A stretch of DNA of 51,740 nt, taken from positions 83,258,868 to 83,310,607 of the forward strand of contig NC_068984.1 in assembly GCF_001194135.2 (NCBI RefSeq), read 5' to 3'. Position 1 is the first letter of the stretch. Each line of letters opens with the position of its first letter. A program made the translations under genes and the position numbers. Origin of the DNA: Octopus bimaculoides (taxonomy: Eukaryota). The notes under the pieces were generated by a model. The model saw only the letters and a list, made by a program, of their open reading frames with translations, searched no databases and was not told the DNA's origin. Positions 1 to 11,420 of the stretch are shown here, in pieces.

Positions 1-256
1 TACAAAAGAATTTTAATAGAAGATGAAATGAAAAGGCTTTATTCCAAATCACTGCAATTGTTTCTGTGCATGAGCATCAGCTGGTCTTTGCTGAATGTTA
101 CACATATTATACACATTATTGCATTAATATGATCCAATAGCTGTGTATCTGTTCGTCTTCAAGTGATTAAGATTGAAAGCACTGCACGTTTCCAAGTAAA
201 AGATACTCATGTATAGAGTTCTGTTTCTCCAGTTTATTCTCGTGTGTGTGTGTGTG

Positions 257-295
<39 letters not shown>

Positions 296-984
296 GTGTG
301 TGTGCATGTGTGTGTATAGGGCGAGAGAGAAATAGAGAAGCAAAGTAAATAGTTGGTAACAGACACACACACATGTGTGTGTGTATGTATGTATGTATCT
401 ATATATGCATGTTTGCATGTGTGTACGAGTGTGTGAGTGCGTTTATGCCTGTTATTGCAAGACAAAGGTACATACAGTTTTCAGCATAGGTAAAAATAAG
501 TACCTATATAAACACAACCTATACATCATACAACGTAGACATACACGCGCGCACACACATGCGCACTCATACATTAATTTATACATACATACATACATGA
601 TCCTATTAACAGAAGAGATGCACTTAAACTAGAAACCAGAAATGTATACAGTAGAAAGAAATTCAACTGATACAAATTTGATCTAGTGAAGTCAGATGCT
701 GGTGTTACTTTGCTTTAAATGTTTAAATGTAGTGGAAATGCTACACTAGAACTGCAAAGCCTAACCAATACACGTGTACACTCACGGAGATATTTTTACT
801 CGTATATATATATATAAAACAATAATAAATGAGTATATGCATATATACGTACAGGTATGTGCATACCTACGTCTACCTGTATATATAGGTGCATATCTGG
901 GTACAGGACATTGCAAACAAAACGTAGACAAGAAAATAATAATAATAATAATAATAACCAGAGTACAGAAAACACACAAGCCAC

Positions 985-1920
985 ATAGAGAACATTTTCC
1001 TTCATCAGCTACCTCCGTTTTAACACCGGCGTTTCGAAGAGTTGGGCAGGACGCATCGTTAAAACGGCTCTTCCCATGGACCACAAAATAAATTTGTATA
1101 CACAAATTAAACCTGTGCCATGGAGAAATGTAGTGGCGGACAAAAAACAAGACAGGAAAACAAACGGAGAANNNNNNNNNNNNNNNNNNNNNNNNNNNNN
1201 NNNNNNNNNNNNNNNNNNNNNNNNNNNNNNNNNNNNNNNNNNNNNNNNNNNNNNNNNNNNNNNNNNNNNNNNNNNNNNNNNNNNNNNNNNNNNNNNNNNN
1301 NNNNNNNNNNNNNNNNNNNNNNNNNNNNNNNNNNNNNNNNNNNNNNNNNNNNNNNNNNNNNNNNNNNNNNNNNNNNNNNNNNNNNNNNNNNNNNNNNNNN
1401 NNNNNNNNNNNNNNNNNNNNNNNNNNNNNNNNNNNNNNNNNNNNNNNNNNNNNNNNNNNNNNNNNNNNNNNNNNNNNNNNNNNNNNNNNNNNNNNNNNNN
1501 NNNNNNNNNNNNNNNNNNNNNNNNNNNNNNNNNNNNNNNNNNNNNNNNNNNNNNNNNNNNNNNNNNNNNNNNNNNNNNNNNNNNNNNGGAAAAATACAGC
1601 AAACTCATCAGAGAGGAGATGATAAACAACAGTGCTCATCAATGAGTCATTTTTCCAATGTAACCACCTGAAAACACGTTCTTCATAGGTGTTGACCAGT
1701 GTGTGGTTGTAAAAAAAGATAAATAGTTGTTCGTCCGTGCACAAGAAATATATTAGTTTTACGCTCGGTGGTGAGAGGAGAGAGTTGTTAACGTTTCGAG
1801 CCTACCCACTTCGACAGAAAGAGATGAGAAGAAGCAATAGTGAGAGAGAGGAAAAACGAAACGGAGAGAAAAAACGTGCTGGTATTATTTGTTCCACATA
1901 ATCGCTTAAGACTCAGTCTA
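985..1920 (-). mobile_element. Possible Penelope-like element remnant (spans a gap)
   Basis: Minus strand 1820-1789 reads ttt-CTGTCGA-A-gtgggtaggctc-GAAACGTT, a decayed minimal hammerhead of the kind typical of Penelope pseudo-LTRs. No RT or GIY-YIG coding sequence recognised; boundaries are approximate. Confidence 0.35.
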
Positions 1921-1989
1921 CGAGAAAATAGCTATACTTGCTGTTTATTGTATTTATTGTATCATATCTTGGCTTTGTCTGAAATTATG

Positions 1990-2540
1990 TTCCCGTTGCT
2001 GATATTAGATCAAGTATTAAACATTTCAGTATGCAAATTAGTAGCTTCAGAAATTTTCAAAGATGTTATTACTAGATTAGATCATAATGAAGGCGACCAC
2101 AGACGCAGCTGACGGATTAAGTATGCTACTACCCAGTATGTAGTTCCGCGCTCGAACCAACAGCTAGACATCTTGGGCAAGTGATTTTGAACAACGTTTC
2201 GTGAGACAAACTGTATAAAAGCAGATGACTTGTACATGAGATTCAAAAGTTCAGCTTTATCCCATACTTTATCCCATTCAAGGAGCGATTGCATTATCAC
2301 TGATAAAATAAAGTATCGCAGAGGTGTTATCCAAGTGATGCATTTCATACTTTCAGTCATACATGTTAAGGAAATCGGAAGAGTGTGCACAGGAGGACAG
2401 AAGCACCATGATGATATACTGCTTTTTTGTAAATGACTTGAAGCTGTATGCTAGGAATACACATATGGAAAAGTGTCTTGACCTGGTTACGACTTTCTCA
2501 GTGGATAAAGGGCTGGAGTTTTGTCACTCTCAAACGGGTT
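1990..2540 (+). mobile_element. R4/Dong-clade non-LTR retrotransposon RT fragment (frameshifted)
   Basis: Across frames: KYRRGVIQ..FILSV (RRGIFQGD-like), LLFVNDLKLYARN (LFVDDLKLYA, RT motif 5) and LDLVTTFSVDKGLEF. Confidence 0.75.
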
Positions 2541-2797
2541 AGGAATTACGTTGAGGGTGCACGGCTCTGTAAAATATTCAGCCACTTATACGCTCGGTTG
2601 ATCGAATTACTGAATGATTATCAACGAATTAGATATGCATACACATGTACACAAACACAGATGCATATACACACCCCCACAAGCACGTATGCGTGTGTGT
2701 GCGCGTAAGTCGTCTAAGGGTTCATAAGTTAAGACATGATGCACTCGAATAACTGTCAATAGTTCTCCAACAATAGACAGCAGTCGCCATATTTCAT

Positions 2798-2917
2798 TCC
2801 ATAACGGCTACCTCTGATGAGCGCAGTGCTACATAATCGGATTGTTACCTAACATTCCGTTGAATCCGAAGCGCGAAACCGATTGGTAAGATCGGCAGTA
2901 ATGGATATATAGCACTG
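2798..2917 (+). ncRNA. Type I hammerhead ribozyme, extended stem II with pseudoknot
   Basis: CTGATGA 2814-2820; stem II GCGC 2821-2824 / GCGC 2871-2874; GAAA 2875-2878; stem III ACC-gatt-GGT 2878-2887; cleavage triplet GTA 2886-2888; stem I 2798-2813 pairs with 2889-2905 with internal mismatches. Folded by hand only. Confidence 0.8.
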
Positions 2918-4024
2918 TACACTTCGNNNNNNNNNNNNNNNNNNNNNNNNNNNNNNNNNNNNNNNNNNNNNNNNNNNNNNNNNNNNNNNNNNNNNNNNNN
3001 NNNNNNNNNNNNNNNNNNNNNNNNNNNNNNNNNNNNNNNNNNNNNNNNNNNNNNNNNNNNNNNNNNNNNNNNNNNNNNNNNNNNNNNNNNNNNNNNNNNN
3101 NNNNNNNNNNNNNNNNNNNNNNNNNNNNNNNNNNNNNNNNNNNNNNNNNNNNNNNNNNNNNNNNNNNNNNNNNNNNNNNNNNNNNNNNNNNNNNNNNNNN
3201 NNNNNNNNNNNNNNNNNNNNNNNNNNNNNNNNNNNNNNNNNNNNNNNNNNNNNNNNNNNNNNNNNNNNNNNNNNNNNNNNNNNNNNNNNNNNNNNNNNNN
3301 NNNNNNNNNNNNNNNNNNNNNNNNNNNNNNNNNNNNNNNNNNNNNNNNNNNNNNNNNNNNNNNNNNNNNNNNNNNNNNNNNNNNNNNNNNNNNNNNNNNN
3401 NNNNNNNNNNNNNNNNNNNNNNNNNNNNNNNNNNNNNNNNNNNNNNNNNNNNNNNNNNNNNNNNNNNNNNNNNNNNNNNNNNNNNNNNNNNNNNNNNNNN
3501 NNNNNNNNNNNNNNNNNNNNNNNNNNNNNNNNTATATATACACAAACATGTACACACACACACACACACACATCTGTATTTCTGCATATACCTCTGGGTA
3601 AGCGTCTAACAGCGCGTGTGTGGTATTTGTATATAATTTTATCCGTATATTTCTATCGTCATAAAGAGTTATCTATAACGTAAATATGAAGTCTTTTTGC
3701 AAGTTTTGTTTGATGTAGTCTTTAAATGGGGAGAGAATTACTTGACATTGATACCTTTCTTTTTGCGTATACATACGTAAATGGTAATTTATGTATGTAT
3801 GTATGCATGTATGTATGTATGTATGTATGTATGTATGTATGAATGCATGCATGCATTATGTATGTATGGGCGTATGAGTGTAAATATATTTACACGTAAA
3901 CAAACATATCAGTGTCGGTGGATAGATAAGTATATTTATATTTAAATATGAGTACACACAGTCACACACGCACGCACGCACACACACGCGCACACGCATA
4001 TATACATATACTTTTTAGCTTTAA

Positions 4025-4408
4025 GTTGTTTCAGTCATTAGATTGCGTCCAGGTTGGAGTACCTCGTTGAATTTTAATAGAACGAATCAAGCCGTGTACT
4101 TGTTGTTTAACCTGGTACTTAATCAATCCGTTCCTTTTGCGATACCACTAATTTACGGAGACATAAACACACCAACACCGGTTGTCAAGCGGTGGTGGGT
4201 GGCAAACACAGAGATAAAGGCATAAACATACACACATGCATGCATACATACATACATACACATACGTATGTATACCAAGGGCTTCTATCAGTTACCGTCT
4301 ACCAAATATACTCCCAAGGCTTTGGTCAGCCCAAGGCTATGGGCTATAGTAAAGGACACTTGCCCAAGGAGCCATGAATTGGAACTGAATCCAGAACCAC
4401 ATGGTTCA
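4025..4408 (-). mobile_element. SINE family C (long, central CA/TA microsatellite), diverged copy
   Basis: Collinear with copies at 44966-45570 and 47815-47979 (gacacttgcccaagg, gtctaccaaat, caccggttgtcaagcg blocks). Confidence 0.8.
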
Positions 4409-4478
4409 GAATGAAATGTAATCGACTAGCCCACTTTTCGAAAATACTTCAGGCTTTGTACCTATAGTAGAAAAAACT

Positions 4479-5700
4479 ATTATTATTATTTTTATTTATT
4501 GTCTTTGCACAGCTTCTGTCGCTGGAGATGTACTACGGTGCCAGCTGTTCACTGCCAGTGAACTAAGGTAACACCCCTTATTTTTCGAGCACCTTCCGGA
4601 GTATTCGAACGGTTCCAATCAGTGCTGTTTTCTGCAAGTGCTCCACCCTTATTGCAGCCCCTATTTGTTCCATGTACTTCTCAAGATTTTTACTCACTGT
4701 TCCCAGAGCTCCAACAATTATAGGTACTACTACCACCTTTTTCATCGTCCACAACTGCTTAATCTCTCAAGCTAACCTGTCATATCTATCGACTTTTCTT
4801 TCTTCCTTATCGCATACCTTGTTGTCGGTTGGGCATGCTATATCTATGATCCAGCATCGTTTGCTTTCTTTCTCAATTAACACTATGTCTGATTTCCTAT
4901 TCTCTATCTCATGGTTGCTCTGAATCATAAAATTCCATAGGATCTTTGCATTATCATTTTCGATGATGCCTTCGGGTTTTTGTTCGTACCACTTCTTTGC
5001 TCTGTCAGGTCTATACTTGCTGCTAAGTGTCCAATGGACAATCCTTGCTATATTGTCATGATGTCTCATATTCTTTCTGGGCTAGTGGCGTACATTGACT
5101 GGTAATATCCCATACAGTTTCTCCATTTTGTCCACAAATTCTGCACTTACCACTTTCTGATGTGTTGTCTATTCTGTATTTGATGTAATTCGTTCTTAGT
5201 GCTTGCTCTTGGGAAACACAGATTAGAGCCTCCGTTTCTGGCTTTAAATCACTTTTAGTCATCCACAGCTATCTTTTTTCTTTGTCTGTCTTATCTTCAA
5301 CATCTCTATGAAATTGTCCATGCAATTGTAAATTATCCATGTAGATTGTCTTTACCAACCTATTTTCAGTTTCATTCATTCTCAGGTGCTTTTACAGTGC
5401 TTTATCTTTGCAATCTTCCATCCTACACAAGCCTGACCTTCTTAGTTTCAATAACAGTAGTTCCGAGGCATTTTTTACATACCATACTAATTTGGTTTCT
5501 TCTGCTCTAACGCTGTGTTCGCATCCAATCAGTCTTCTTCCCCTCTTTTTCTTGGTACATACAGTCTGTCTGTGTCACTTTTGGATGGAGTATCCCATAT
5601 CTAGTCAGCAACTTCCTTGTCTTTCTGTCTAAGCTGTTTAGTTCGTCTACTATCCATGCGATTACCCCTTCTCCATATCTAAGGAGTGAAACCGCCCAGG
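4479..5700 (-). mobile_element. 5'-truncated R4/Dong-clade non-LTR retrotransposon (post-RT region, CCHC knuckle, REL endonuclease, 3' UTR, (TAA)n tail)
   Basis: Minus strand: NTWAVSLLRYG..LDRKTRKLLTRYG.LHPKSDTDRLY; DLKPETEALIC..QEQALRTNYIK; CRICGQNGETVWDITSQC; HDNIARIVHW; KSDIVLIEKESKRCWIIDIACP (PD..D nuclease); LRKVLEK-stop at 4578-4580; then a 3' UTR and TAA tail. Frameshifted. Confidence 0.92.
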
Positions 5701-5705
5701 TGTTG

Positions 5706-5764
<59 letters not shown>

Positions 5765-5765
5765 T

Positions 5766-5982
5766 AGCGGTGAGCTGACAGAATCGTTAGCGAAATGTGT
5801 GGCGGCTTTTCCTCCGGGTCTTTACAATCTGAATTCAAATACTACCGAGGTCAACATCTCTCTCATCTTGTCGGTGGGGTGGGGGATTAATAAAATAAGT
5901 ACCATTTGAACACCGAGGCCGATGGAATTGAATGTCGTCGCCGTCTTCCTATAAACTCTGGCCTTGTAGCAATGTTTGAAAC
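5766..5982 (+). mobile_element. tRNA-derived SINE family A
   Basis: A-box-like gctgacagaatcg and B-box-like aattcaaatac; central and 3' blocks shared with about 12 other copies; flanked by (ATT)n. Confidence 0.8.
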
Positions 5983-6084
5983 AATTATTGATTATTGATT
6001 TAGTTTATTTTATTGAATCCTCTACTATAAGTATAAATACGCAAGTATTCTTTTTATATCTATGCAATATTTATGTTTATTGCT

Positions 6085-6095
6085 ATAATGCATAT

Positions 6096-6180
<85 letters not shown>

Positions 6181-6197
6181 CAGACAGGCAGGCAGGC

Positions 6198-6264
<67 letters not shown>

Positions 6265-6290
6265 TAGACAGACAGATAGATAGATAGATA
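6085..6290. repeat. Compound (GATA)n/(GACA)n microsatellite
   Basis: Read directly from the sequence. Confidence 0.98.
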
Positions 6291-7089
6291 TACATAATAC
6301 ATACATCCAAGTACACATGTATATACACAGCTATATAGATACATAGACATCCACACATAATCATCTTAGCAGACATTCTATTAATATAAATTTTATAATA
6401 TAGCTATTCCGCTAAAAATAACAACTTCAATCAGAAACATTAGTAGAAATATTCCAAGCAGTCATACTATTACGATTTGATTTCCGCTGGGTTTAGATCT
6501 TCAATCTACCTTGCTTTTGTGTCATTGAAATTTGGCAAAACAGATCGAATGAAGTGTATCTTCTATGACTATGTTTTAATAATTCTATTTGCTTCATAAA
6601 TAATGTGTGTGTGTGCGCGCATATATAGATATATGTATGAAAGTATATATATACATATATATGCACACACATTATATATATATAATAGCTTTATATGATG
6701 GAAAAATTATTTCCCTTAGATAGGCAACTACATCACAGTCTATCTGATCATATAGAAGTGATAAGGCAGGGATTATTACATATACAGTTATACAGTTAAT
6801 ATCTTTTGTAGTATGTTGTAGTTTTTTCTTATAATGAACACTAAACAACCTATATGTAGAGATGGAGGAGAAGGGTATTACAGTGATATTAGCTGTTTAC
6901 TGTGATGAATTCATTTCAAGTTAAACTAGAAATCATTTCGTATATTCCACATGTGGGAGAGATAACTGCTTAATACGCAAACATTGATACTGTCTGCTTT
7001 ATACTGAACGCAAATTTTATTTATTTTTTGTATTGGACTATTGTAATTATCTAGTTTATTAATGTTACTACTACCTATATATATATCAT

Positions 7090-8270
7090 CAATATCTGTA
7101 ACAATCAATTCTTGGAGTACAAACAATAGTTCAACCGACTATTCTTCTCCATTCATCTCTTATCTTCCACTGTTCTTATTAATTTTTGCATTTTTAATAA
7201 TGTTATCTTCTTATGCCATCGATTCAATTGTGTCTAAGTTTCTCTTTTGGTCCTTTTCTAGAGGCTTTTCCAGCAGCCAACCACATACAAAAATATATAC
7301 GGTTTCGTTTAATCTAACACATACTGATTTTTGTCGTTTTCACATTTGTTTAATCCTTTGTATTCTTCTATAACACTGAGTAAATCTCTATCGTTTTTTT
7401 TTTCTTTATATCAGCTCTTTTACATCAGAGTCCAACATTTAGATCTATATGTTATTGAAAATATCATGTGCAGTATCTTCAGGTTTATTGATAGATTTAC
7501 TTATTGATAGATATTTTCCCCTAAATCCGGTTTAAAAGGATAAGAGTATATTTTACTTTTTCAATTCTTATCTCCTTTCTGTCATCATATCGATTTGTAA
7601 TAATACTTCCAAGATAACAAAACTCATAAACCAATTTGACAGTTTCATTATCAATTATTATAGGAATATCTTCATCATCTCTTCCTCAGATAATCATTGA
7701 TTCAGTTTTGTTAAAATTAAGGAATAAACCATATTCTTCATTTTTTTTTTTGTCCCTTTCTACATCAGTACTCTTGATTCTTCAAGCTACCAGTAATAAG
7801 GACAGTATCATTGACAAATCTGAGAGTGGTGACCATTCATCCCCTGATTTTTAACTGTACCTTCAAAACATTCTAAAGCTTTCCTCATTATATGATGTGT
7901 TAAACAGAGAGAAGAACGAACGCTTCCTTGTCGTACCTTACCACCCTCTTAATCTTAAACCATTCACTAAAGCACGCATTAGTTTTGACAGTTGCAGTTT
8001 ATTAAGAATAACGTGATTTTAATAATTCTATAAAATGCCGTGGAAATCTCATTTATGCCATCACTAACCAAAATATCTCATGAATAACTTTGTCAAAAGC
8101 TTTTTGATAGCCATTGAAAGCAATAAATAATTTTCCAGCACGCTCTCTAGTTTTCTGAACAACCATCTTTGGATTAAGAGTAGCATCTCTTGTTCCTCTT
8201 CCAGATCTAGAACTAACTTGTCCCCCTGTGATCCCCATTACATATTTCACTTTAATTCTATAGCCAATAA
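7090..8270 (-). mobile_element. RTE-clade LINE 3' fragment (decayed RT and C-terminus)
   Basis: Minus strand: SGRGTRDATLN..FIAFNGYQKAFDKVIHEIFW; TLRFVNDTVLI (YADD position); EFCYLGSIIT; CWTL..; EWRRIV. Many stops and frameshifts. Confidence 0.85.
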
Positions 8271-8560
8271 ATATGAGTGTGTGTGTGTGTATGTGTGTAT
8301 GCATGCATGCATATATGCATGTATGTATGTGTATATATAAACAGATAGAGAAAGTAGAAAACAAGAGAGTTCTGTACTTCTGTGATTGAATGGGCAGATG
8401 AGATTGTATGTGTGAGTGTAAGTTTATATATGAGTAAGGGTTTCTATAAGAATATAAATTTCATGAAGCTTTCGGATATTATTCAACTTGTGAAGTTCCT
8501 GCGACACTTGTGAAAAATGCTTATTCCCCATAGACTTTATAATGTTAATACTAATAAACT

Positions 8561-8922
8561 TTTCTAATATAGGCACAAGGAGAAGAGGCTTGTTTTCATC
8601 TGGTACTTATTGCATCGATCCCAAAATGATGAAAAACGAAGTCGACCTCGGTGGAATTTGAACTCAGTAGGTAAAGATCCAGAAGATCTGAGGTTTTAAC
8701 GATTCTTTTGACTCGCTGCCTAATAATCCTTTCAGCTATAGGCACAAGGCCTAAAATGTTTTTGTGGAGGCGATGGATATAGTCGATTAAATCGATCCCA
8801 GTGTTCAACCGGTACTTATCGATCCTATAAGGATGAAAAGCAGAGCTGACCTCCGCAGGATTTGAACTCAGAACATGAAGATGGACAATATGCCACAAAA
8901 CATTTTGGCCAGCATGCTAACG

Positions 8923-8980
<58 letters not shown>

Positions 8981-9168
8981 TAACAATAATAACAATAATA
9001 ATAATAATAGTTTCAAATTTTTTCACAAGGGCAGCAATTTTGGGGCGGGGGATGAGTCGATTACATCGACCCACTGGTACTTACTTTACCGACCTCGAAA
9101 GGATGAATGGCAAAGTCGACCTCGGCGGAATTAGAACTCAGAACGTAGTGACAGGCGAAATACCGTAA
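8561..9168 (-). mobile_element. Three co-oriented SINE family A copies (8561-8677, 8730-8924, 9010-9168) interleaved with (AAT)n
   Basis: Each carries gtcgacctc-gg-gaatttgaactcag and ggtactta blocks, reverse-complementary to the family A core. Confidence 0.85.
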
Positions 9169-10968
9169 AATAATAACAATAATAATAACAACAATAATAA
9201 TAATAATAATAATAATGGTGGTGGTGGTGATTATTGTTTCTAGCAAAGATAGGAGGCCCAATAATTGATAAAAAGAAGAAAAACACCGCCTGAGCGGGGA
9301 TAAGCATACGTATTAATTAGATTTAGAGGCAATTAAAGGACAAAAACATCAATTAGGTATCATATGCTCAAAGTGAAACAAGCACATACTTAGCACCTAC
9401 GCACATACAGACAGCATACACACACACACGCGCACACACATAGACACACGTATGCACACTGAAACACATACATACGCGCGCGAGGATATATATATATGCG
9501 TATGTATAGAAAAATACATAGATACGCCGCACACATCCGGTATTCAGATTAATGTTTTGAGTTTCTGTGATAAAGTTCTTAATAGAGACTTAGGTGTAGG
9601 AGATGTCGTATGTGACGTGGGTGGATGGTTAGATGAGACACGAGTAGATATAATGAAGTGAGAAAGTNNNNNNNNNNNNNNNNNNNNNNNNNNNNNNNNN
9701 NNNNNNNNNNNNNNNNNNNNNNNNNNNNNNNNNNNNNNNNNNNNNNNNNNNNNNNNNNNNNNNNNNNNNNNNNNNNNNNNNNNNNNNNNNNNNNNNNNNN
9801 NNNNNNNNNNNNNNNNNNNNNNNNNNNNNNNNNNNNNNNNNNNNNNNNNNNNNNNNNNNNNNNNNNNNNNNNNNNNNNNNNNNNNNNNNNNNNNNNNNNN
9901 NNNNNNNNNNNNNNNNNNNNNNNNNNNNNNNNNNNNNNNNNNNNNNNNNNNNNNNNNNNNNNNNNNNNNNNNNNNNNNNNNNNNNNNNNNNNNNNNNNNN
10001 NNNNNNNNNNNNNNNNNNNNNNNNNNNNNNNNNNNNNNNNNNNNNNNNNNNNNNNNNNNNNNNNNNNNNNNNNNNNNNNNNNNNNNNNNNNNNNNNNNNN
10101 NNNNNNNNNNNNNNNNNNNNNNNNNNNNNNNNNNNNNNNNNNNNNNNNNNNNNNNNNNNNNNNNNNNNNNNNNNNNNNNNNNNNNNNNNNNNNNNNNNNN
10201 NNNNNNNNNNNNNNNNNNNNNNNNNNNNNNNNNNNNNNNNNNNNNNNNNNNNNNNNNNNNNNNNNNNNNNNNNNNNNNNNNNNNNNNNNNNNNNNNNNNN
10301 NNNNNNNNNNNNNNNNNNNNNNNNNNNNNNNNNNNNNNNNNNNNNNNNNNNNNNNNNNNNNNNNNNNNNNNNNNNNNNNNNNNNNNNNNNNNNNNNNNNN
10401 NNNNNNNNNNNNNNNNNNNNNNNNNNNNNNNNNNNNNNNNNNNNNNNNNNNNNNNNNNNNNNNNNNNNNNNNNNNNNNNNNNNNNNNNNNNNNNNNNNNN
10501 NNNNNNNNNNNNNNNNNNNNNNNNNNNNNNNNNNNNNNNNNNNNNNNNNNNNNNNNNNNNNNNNNNNNNNNNNNNNNNNNNNNNNNNNNNNNNNNNNNNN
10601 NNNNNNNNNNNNNNNNNNNNNNNNNNNNNNNNNNNNNNNNNNNNNNNNNNNNNNNAGGGGAGGGAGAGAGAGGGGAGGGAGAGAGAGGGGAGGGAGAGAG
10701 GGAGAGATCTAGTGAGTACAATATGGACGAGTAGAAAGAAATAAAAAGTAAAGTGGAAGGAATACAAAGAATCGAAATATCAACAAAAGAAACAAAGCGA
10801 TAAAAGATGGAGAATGTAGGAAAGTGGATAGAAGATGGAGAATGAAGAATATCGTAAAGATATGCTGAGGCAGACATGAAGTGAATAACCGACAGTATAT
10901 TGGAGCTTCAATAACACATGCACACACACACATGCACTCACTCATACACACATACGCACACATGTATA

Positions 10969-11420
10969 TACGAGGAGGTACCCGAAAGTAACTGCAAACG
11001 TTCTCTGTGGGGCAAGCCCGTTGTAAGTTCAGGCTTCCACCGCTAGAAGCCACTTGGTGCGACCCTCAGGCATCAGCCTGCCGACCGGTGTCGTCGCGTC
11101 AAATCGTACTGTCACCTGGTGCATCTTTGTTTTGCAGGGCTTTCCCCCTATTCGTCGATTTTTGCGATGGCTGAAAATGAAGGAATAGCGTGGTTTCTTG
11201 AAATTGTTTTCTGCTGGGAAAACAGCGGCCAAAACAGTCATACACACATTTACAAGTGGTCTCGCGCCTTTAGAAATGGTCACTTGTCACTTGAAGATCA
11301 ACCTCGTTCAGGGTGACACTCGACCTCCCGAACGGATGAAAACATTACAAAAATTCATGAACTGATTTTCGAGGACCATCGCGGGACAATTGATGAACTT
11401 GTTGATATGACCGTTGTGTC

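Noticed and set aside
995-1045. Minus-strand GAAAC..CTGATGA, a possible type II (permuted) hammerhead
   Set aside because: The segment that should form stem I (aaaacggaggtag) does not pair, and stem II has at most 3 weak pairs.
1605-1611. Minus-strand CTGATGAG beside a gap
   Set aside because: The downstream GAAA and stems would lie in the N gap and cannot be evaluated.
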